Below, one piece after another: positions 59,361 through 64,000 of a stretch of 64,000 bases of DNA. Under the pieces are notes generated by a model that was not told the origin of the DNA, did no database searches, and saw only the letters and a list, made by a program, of their open reading frames with translations. The stretch lies in the NCBI GenBank assembly GCA_023263695.1, contig JALQUZ010000003.1, positions 1,817-65,816 on the forward strand, read 5' to 3'. Numbering within the stretch: the stretch's first letter is position 1; each line of letters starts with the position of its first letter. Source of the stretch: Ilumatobacteraceae bacterium (GTDB lineage: Bacteria > Actinomycetota > Acidimicrobiia > Acidimicrobiales > Ilumatobacteraceae). The position numbers and the translations under genes were made by a program.

Positions 59361-61133
59361 ATGTCGCTCGTCGCGCGGGTTGTTCCCGACGTGACTGGTG
59401 TGGACAAGGTATTTGATTACCTCATACCGTCAGAACTTCACGATGTGATTGCTGTTGGCGATCGCGTGCGTGTTCCGCTGCACGGACGCAATGTTCCAGG
59501 TTGGGTTACGGAGATCGGTTCTACTGACGGCGGTTTTACCGATGTCGAGTCTGCAAAGTTGCGCACGGTAATCAAACGCTTGGGGTTTGGTCCGTCAGCC
59601 GATGTGGTTCAACTTGCTCAGTGGGCGAGCCATCGATGGTGCGGAAGGTTGCGTGCATTTTTTGTTGCTGCATCACCGAACACGCTGGTTTCATCACTTC
59701 CAACCGCCAGGTACCACCGCGCACAGATAAGGGTCGCGGGAGACATTGAAGTTGCACATGCGGTGGGCGAGTCACGGTCGCTGTTGGTGCAGCGAGGTCC
59801 ACTGAAATCGCCAGTCGACATCATGGTCGGGGCGGCCTTGCATGGACCGAGTTTGGTCATTGTTCCAACGGTGGTGCGGGCGAGACTCTTTGCATCAGCG
59901 TTGAGGCGTCACGGGTTTTCCGTTGCGGTGTTGCCAGACGAGTGGGACTCCGCAGCTGGTGGTGTCGATGTGGTGATCGGCTCACGGACTGCAGTGTTTA
60001 GTCGCGTTCCACATCTACGCAGTGTTGTCGTTATTGATGAACACGACGACTCGTTGCGGGAAGAGCGAACGCCTACGTGGCATGCACGTGATGTTGCCAT
60101 TGAGCGTGCAAAGCAGATGAATATCTCCTGCATATTGGTGTCGGCGTTGCCAAGCGTTACTGCAAAGGCATGGGCAGGTGACAAGGTTCTGAAATCCAGC
60201 GAACGCGAGGCGAGTTCAGAATGGCCGCACATTCAGCTAATTGACAGAACGTTAGATGACCGGTGGTCAAATTCTTTACTGTCATCTGAATTCATCGCCG
60301 AACTTCGCGACCATTCGCGCCGCATCGTTGCTGTGTTGAATACCAAAGGCCGGGCTCGTCTTCTCGCATGCGCGTCGTGCAAATCATTGGCACGATGTGC
60401 GCAGTGTGATGCTGCCGTCGAAATTGGTGTCGATGTTCAATTTTCGTGCCCGCGTTGTTCGACGCAGCGTCCACAGGTGTGTACGAAGTGCTCGTCTGCA
60501 AAGTTTCTGACACTGAAACCCGGAGTGAGCAAGTTGCGGGAAGAGATCGCACAGGCTGCTGGAAGAAAACTTGGTGATGTGGTTGAAGTGACTGGCGCAG
60601 GAGACGATGCGGTTCCTGTGGATCAATCGAAAATGCTATTTGTTGGCACAGAGGCCGCGTTGCATCGCGTACATGAAGCCGACACAGTGGTATTTCTCGA
60701 TATCGATCAGGAACTGGCAGCACCCCGTTATCGCGCCTCAGAAATTGTTGGCTCGCTATTAGTGCATGCGGCACGGTTAGTGGGTCGTAGTGAACTCGGC
60801 GGGAAAGTCATGGTGCAAACGCACAGCGTTGATAGTCCGGTGTTGCAGGCAATGGCAACACTTCGAATTGATCAATATCTGCAGTCGGTTTCAGAGATGC
60901 GTGCCTTCTTGAAACTACCTCCGTTTGGTGCACTCGCGCAGATATCGGGAACAAATATTGATGAAGCGATTCACGAACTACAAAAGAATGTATTCGTTCA
61001 TGTGTCGGCAGCAAACGACGGCTCGTTTTTGGTGAAAGCTTCAGACTGGCAAGAATTGGCAGACGCGCTCAGTGAAATAGAAGCAGTAAAGGGAGTCAGG
61101 CTGAAAGTTCAGGTTGATCCGGCGCGTGTGTAG
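59361..61133 (+). CDS. priA: primosomal protein N' (PriA)-like, with degenerate Walker A
   Basis: N-terminal 3'BD-like VFDYLIP, DExH-like VVIDEHDDS, Cys-rich zinc region CASCKSLARCAQCDAAV...CPRCS...CTKCSS. The P-loop position reads RGPLKSP. Confidence 0.85.
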   Translation: MSLVARVVPDVTGVDKVFDYLIPSELHDVIAVGDRVRVPLHGRNVPGWVTEIGSTDGGFTDVESAKLRTVIKRLGFGPSADVVQLAQWASHRWCGRLRAFFVAASPNTLVSSLPTARYHRAQIRVAGDIEVAHAVGESRSLLVQRGPLKSPVDIMVGAALHGPSLVIVPTVVRARLFASALRRHGFSVAVLPDEWDSAAGGVDVVIGSRTAVFSRVPHLRSVVVIDEHDDSLREERTPTWHARDVAIERAKQMNISCILVSALPSVTAKAWAGDKVLKSSEREASSEWPHIQLIDRTLDDRWSNSLLSSEFIAELRDHSRRIVAVLNTKGRARLLACASCKSLARCAQCDAAVEIGVDVQFSCPRCSTQRPQVCTKCSSAKFLTLKPGVSKLREEIAQAAGRKLGDVVEVTGAGDDAVPVDQSKMLFVGTEAALHRVHEADTVVFLDIDQELAAPRYRASEIVGSLLVHAARLVGRSELGGKVMVQTHSVDSPVLQAMATLRIDQYLQSVSEMRAFLKLPPFGALAQISGTNIDEAIHELQKNVFVHVSAANDGSFLVKASDWQELADALSEIEAVKGVRLKVQVDPARV

Positions 61134-61740
61134 GTGTTACGCGCAAAACGCGGAAGCCACGTTTGCTGGTTAACCGTTCAGTTACATAGCCCTGTTCAGT
61201 GAGCCAGACGGCGAGTGAATCGGAACCCAGATTTCGATTGATGACGAGCCATGCTTCGCCAGACGGTAATAAGCGCGAAAGCCATGTCAAAAGCAACGTA
61301 TGAAGTTCTTGCTTGCCAATACGAATAGGTGGATTAGACCACAGCACATCAAAACGAATGGATTCATCTACTTCGTGTGGGGCACTTGCAATAATGTTTG
61401 GCAAATGATTCAGTTGCGCATTTGACTGCGTCAGAGCTTGTGCTCGATCATTGATGTCAATTGCGTACACGGTTGCCTTGGGAGAATAGGCCGCAAGCGT
61501 CAGTGCAATTGGTCCGGCACCGCATCCGAGGTCGAGGAAGTTGCCCGTGCTTGGCGGACGAGCTGCACATTCAAGCAACACCATGGTTCCTTGGTCAATG
61601 CCTTTTCGCGAGAACACACCGCGGTCGGTGCCAATCGTGAGTTCACGGCCTGCCACGCGAAGAACTGCAAAATTCTGCTGCTTCGTATGTGCAACAGAGG
61701 CAACTTGTGGTTGGGTGGTGAAGTACTGCTCGTCGCTCAT
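61096..61740 (-). CDS. class I SAM-dependent methyltransferase (RsmC/RsmD-like MTS domain)
   Basis: FLDLGCGAGPIAL (motif I) and LWSNPPIRIG (NPP motif). The 3' end overlaps priA by 38 nt. Confidence 0.8.
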   Translation of the reverse strand: MSDEQYFTTQPQVASVAHTKQQNFAVLRVAGRELTIGTDRGVFSRKGIDQGTMVLLECAARPPSTGNFLDLGCGAGPIALTLAAYSPKATVYAIDINDRAQALTQSNAQLNHLPNIIASAPHEVDESIRFDVLWSNPPIRIGKQELHTLLLTWLSRLLPSGEAWLVINRNLGSDSLAVWLTEQGYVTERLTSKRGFRVLRVTPTHAPDQPELSA

Positions 61741-61763
61741 AAGCCTCGCTAGCCTTACACGCT

Positions 61764-62306
61764 ATGGCGCAAGCATCGAACAAGAAGGGTTCTTCCATCC
61801 GTACGTATGGAGACCCCGTTTTGGCCGCAAAGGCCGATGAAATTACCAACATCGACGGCAAGTTGGTAAATCTCGCTGAAGACATGTTTCGCGTGATGTA
61901 TCAAGCTCCTGGCCTTGGGCTTGCTGGTCCTCAAATTGGCGTCCAGAAACAAATTTTTGTATACGACGTTGACGATGATCCGCAGGTGATCATCAATCCC
62001 AAAATTGTTGAGTCATCGGGTGAATGGGTATACGACGAGGGCTGTCTATCCATTCCGGGCCTTTATGTCGAGATGCTTCGTCCCAAAAAAGTGTTGGTCA
62101 GTGGCTACACGCTTGAAGGTGAAGAAGTCAAGATTGAAGCCGACGAATTGCTTGCCCGGCTGTTCCAGCACGAGATTGATCACTTGCAAGGTGTTCTGAT
62201 GTTTGATCGCATGTTGCCCGATCAACGCGAACTTGCCATCGTTGAATACGCAAAGGTTGGCGAGCGCTCAGCCGATGCCGAGCCGGTGTACTTACGACTT
62301 TCGTGA
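61764..62306 (+). CDS. def: peptide deformylase
   Basis: GLAGPQIGV, EGCLSIPG, HEIDHLQG. Confidence 0.95.
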   Translation: MAQASNKKGSSIRTYGDPVLAAKADEITNIDGKLVNLAEDMFRVMYQAPGLGLAGPQIGVQKQIFVYDVDDDPQVIINPKIVESSGEWVYDEGCLSIPGLYVEMLRPKKVLVSGYTLEGEEVKIEADELLARLFQHEIDHLQGVLMFDRMLPDQRELAIVEYAKVGERSADAEPVYLRLS

Positions 62307-63217
62307 CATCGCTTGCGCCCCTGCCGCGCGAGCGCGCCAAGCGCATTGTGTATATCGGTACGCCGGAAATTGCTGTTGCACCATTAAGAGCGTTGGTTGC
62401 TGCCGGGTTTGAGGTTGAACTGGTCATCACTGGAGTTGACAAGCGAAGGGGCAGAGGCTCGGAAACCACTGCTAACCCCGTAAAAACAGCAGCGCTTGAA
62501 TTGAACATTCGTGTATCTCACGACATTAATGACGTTTTGAAATTGAATCCTGATGGATTGCTCGGTGTTGTTGTTGCATTCGGCAGCATCATTGCCACCA
62601 AAATGTTGCAACACGTGCCAATGATCAATATTCATTATTCTGCTCTTCCTCGCTGGAGGGGCGCTGCTCCCGTAGAGCGAGCAATTCTCGAAGGTGACAG
62701 CACAACTGCAGTGTGTGTGATCCAAGTTGTCGAGCAACTAGATGCTGGTGATGTGCTTGCATCGTCACCGTGCGAAATTCGCGAAGATGACTCAGTGACA
62801 GGGCTACGCGATCGTCTTGGTCAGCTTGCAATTCCGTTACTTATCGATATCTGTAGCAATGGGGTGAGTTCACAACAGGCTCAAGTTGGGGAAGTGGTGA
62901 TTGCCCGAAAAATCTCAACTGACGATCTCGCCATCACGTGGTCGTCAAGCTCAGAATTCATCAGTCGACAAGTTCGCTTAGGTAATGCTTTCACGTTCTT
63001 TGAAGGCAAGCGATTCAAAGTACACGAAGCGAGATGCACAAGCGAAAAACTTTCGGTCGGAACTATTTTGTTCAAAGATGGAAAAGTATTGGTTGGAACA
63101 CTCAATGGCTCGATGCAACTGGTGAGTGTTCAGCCGGAGGGAAAGCCGCGAATACCGGCAAGTGAATGGGCACGTGGCGCGCGTCTGTCGAACACAAGCG
63201 CGTTTAGCGACAGGTAG
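62303..63217 (+). CDS. fmt: methionyl-tRNA formyltransferase
   Basis: IVYIGTPEIAV and NIHYSALPRWRGAAPVERAI. GTGA overlap with def. Confidence 0.95.
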   Translation: MTSLAPLPRERAKRIVYIGTPEIAVAPLRALVAAGFEVELVITGVDKRRGRGSETTANPVKTAALELNIRVSHDINDVLKLNPDGLLGVVVAFGSIIATKMLQHVPMINIHYSALPRWRGAAPVERAILEGDSTTAVCVIQVVEQLDAGDVLASSPCEIREDDSVTGLRDRLGQLAIPLLIDICSNGVSSQQAQVGEVVIARKISTDDLAITWSSSSEFISRQVRLGNAFTFFEGKRFKVHEARCTSEKLSVGTILFKDGKVLVGTLNGSMQLVSVQPEGKPRIPASEWARGARLSNTSAFSDR

Positions 63218-63226
63218 CCTGCGCGT

Positions 63227-63460
63227 ATGAGTAAGTCGTCGTCGAATTCTGTGGATGGGCGATTGCTCGGCCATGTAGAACAGTTCGACTTTGATCGCGG
63301 GCTTGGCATGATTTGGTCGAGTGGCCAGGAATACCTATTTCACTGTGCTGAAATCGTTGACGGCACACGAGACATCAATATTGGAGCGTCCGTGTCATTC
63401 GTTGTTGCCCATCGCTTCGGGCTCATTGAAGCTTCAGAAATTGAAAAGCTTCCGAACTAG
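63227..63460 (+). CDS. cold-shock-domain-like small protein (degenerate RNP motifs)
   Basis: GHVEQFDFDRGLGMIWSSGQEYLFHC mimics the CSD layout, but KGFGFI is replaced by RGLGMI and VFVHF by YLFHC. Confidence 0.55.
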   Translation: MSKSSSNSVDGRLLGHVEQFDFDRGLGMIWSSGQEYLFHCAEIVDGTRDINIGASVSFVVAHRFGLIEASEIEKLPN

Positions 63461-63792
63461 TTGGGCTGAACATTTCCTTTAATTTGCACGAAGGCTAAGC
63501 GGATATTGGCAAGCGCTTCGGTGAGTGTGGTGAATTCTTCGCCGAGACGTTCTCCCAGCCCTTCCACAATGCAGGCCACTGCATCGATTGCCAAGGCAGA
63601 TTCCACGAGGCGAGGAGGGTGCGCCGAGAGGTGAATGGCGGCAAGCTCATACAAACCCATCACATGGTTGACCACCACCACATTGGCGGGCGTCTGGGCT
63701 AATCGTGCCCGCGCTTGTGCAAGCGCGTCTTCGGCGTCATGCAACTTGTCTTCAAAATCGTCGGGAAAGTGGGCGGTTGGGTTGTCAGCCAT
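63457..63792 (-). CDS. DUF1844-like protein
   Basis: 111 aa. Acidic N-terminus then VVVNHVMGLYELAAIHL...AIDAVACIVEGLGERLGEE...LANIRLAFVQ, recalled pattern of DUF1844. The assignment is from memory only. Confidence 0.55.
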   Translation of the reverse strand: MADNPTAHFPDDFEDKLHDAEDALAQARARLAQTPANVVVVNHVMGLYELAAIHLSAHPPRLVESALAIDAVACIVEGLGERLGEEFTTLTEALANIRLAFVQIKGNVQPN

Positions 63793-63802
63793 GCCCGCTA
63801 CG

Positions 63803-64000
63803 CTAATAGCCCAAGTGGGGAACGAGTTTCCTCCACCTGACCACAGATTTCAGTAATTCGGTGAATGGTGCCGAGTAGCTGTCGAGTGCGTTTGGGTCGA
63901 GTGCGCACAAGCGCAACGCTCTGCGTTGCGGGCGCTTCGGCTCTGCCGTGCCCGCCGACTTCTCGACATGTTCACCTCCACAAATAGGAGGCAACGCCAC
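63803..64000 (-). CDS. 3' end of an unidentified gene (start outside window)
   Basis: Frame open from the window edge. The stop TAG at 63803-63805 lies 10 nt upstream of the DUF1844 ATG, an operon-like spacing. No family recognised from the 65 residues. Confidence 0.3.
   Translation of the reverse strand: MALPPICGGEHVEKSAGTAEPKRPQRRALRLCALDPNALDSYSAPFTELLKSVVRWRKLVPHLGY

Noticed and set aside
63850-63969. 39-aa Arg-rich ORF (MSRSRRARQSRSARNAERCACAH...) on the minus strand, preceded by a strong GGAGGTG SD.
   Set aside because: It is nested out of frame in a longer open frame that ends in operon-like spacing before the DUF1844 gene. Its composition looks like an off-frame translation and it resembles no known small ribosomal protein. 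It is worth a look only if ribosome profiling is available.
1-64000. Search for CRISPR arrays, IS elements, integrases, prophage, toxin-antitoxin or defence-island genes, rRNA and tRNA.
   Set aside because: None were seen. Every gap is 75 nt or less and every ORF longer than 75 aa that is not a shadow ORF has a housekeeping, ars or envelope assignment. A by-eye scan cannot exclude short dispersed repeats, so a computational repeat search would be needed.

Overview
The window is a very compact stretch (about 98% coding, by eye roughly 50% GC) of core actinobacterial chromosome. About 67 protein genes are called, mostly on the + strand and often joined by 1-8 nt ATGA/GTGA stop-start overlaps. 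I found no rRNA, tRNA, CRISPR array, transposase, integrase, prophage or recognisable defence or toxin-antitoxin genes.

The gene order is thrS, HIT, pgsA1, patA, pimA (phosphatidylinositol-mannoside lipid cluster), lemA-htpX, pdxST, yebC, ruvCAB, queA-tgt, yajC-secDF, relA, hisS, aspS, rarA, alaS, ruvX, mltG, aroE, aroCKBQ, pepP-efp-nusB, pyrR-pyrB-pyrC-carAB-pyrD, mihF-gmk-rpoZ-coaBC-metK-priA and def-fmt. mshC (mycothiol), F420-type genes, mihF and the PIM genes place it in Actinomycetota, probably a streamlined lineage.

The only clearly accessory segment is a small arsenic cassette: arsR divergent from arsI/cadI, a MIP channel and arsC, plus an opposite-strand LLM oxidoreductase. It sits between patA and pimA and is controlled by a perfect 15-2-15 palindrome.

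I did not find convincing evidence of a new multi-gene system. The findings are modest:
- the ars operator and cassette architecture
- convergent gene pairs with overlapping or near-abutting stop codons and no terminator space
- very short divergent junctions
- a possible PyrR leader
- a class-1 pyrD where Mycobacterium has pyrF
- a PriA with a degenerate P-loop
- a few uncharacterised membrane or small proteins embedded in essential operons

Several start codons were moved from the ORF-track coordinates, which include TTG/GTG extensions that overlap upstream genes.
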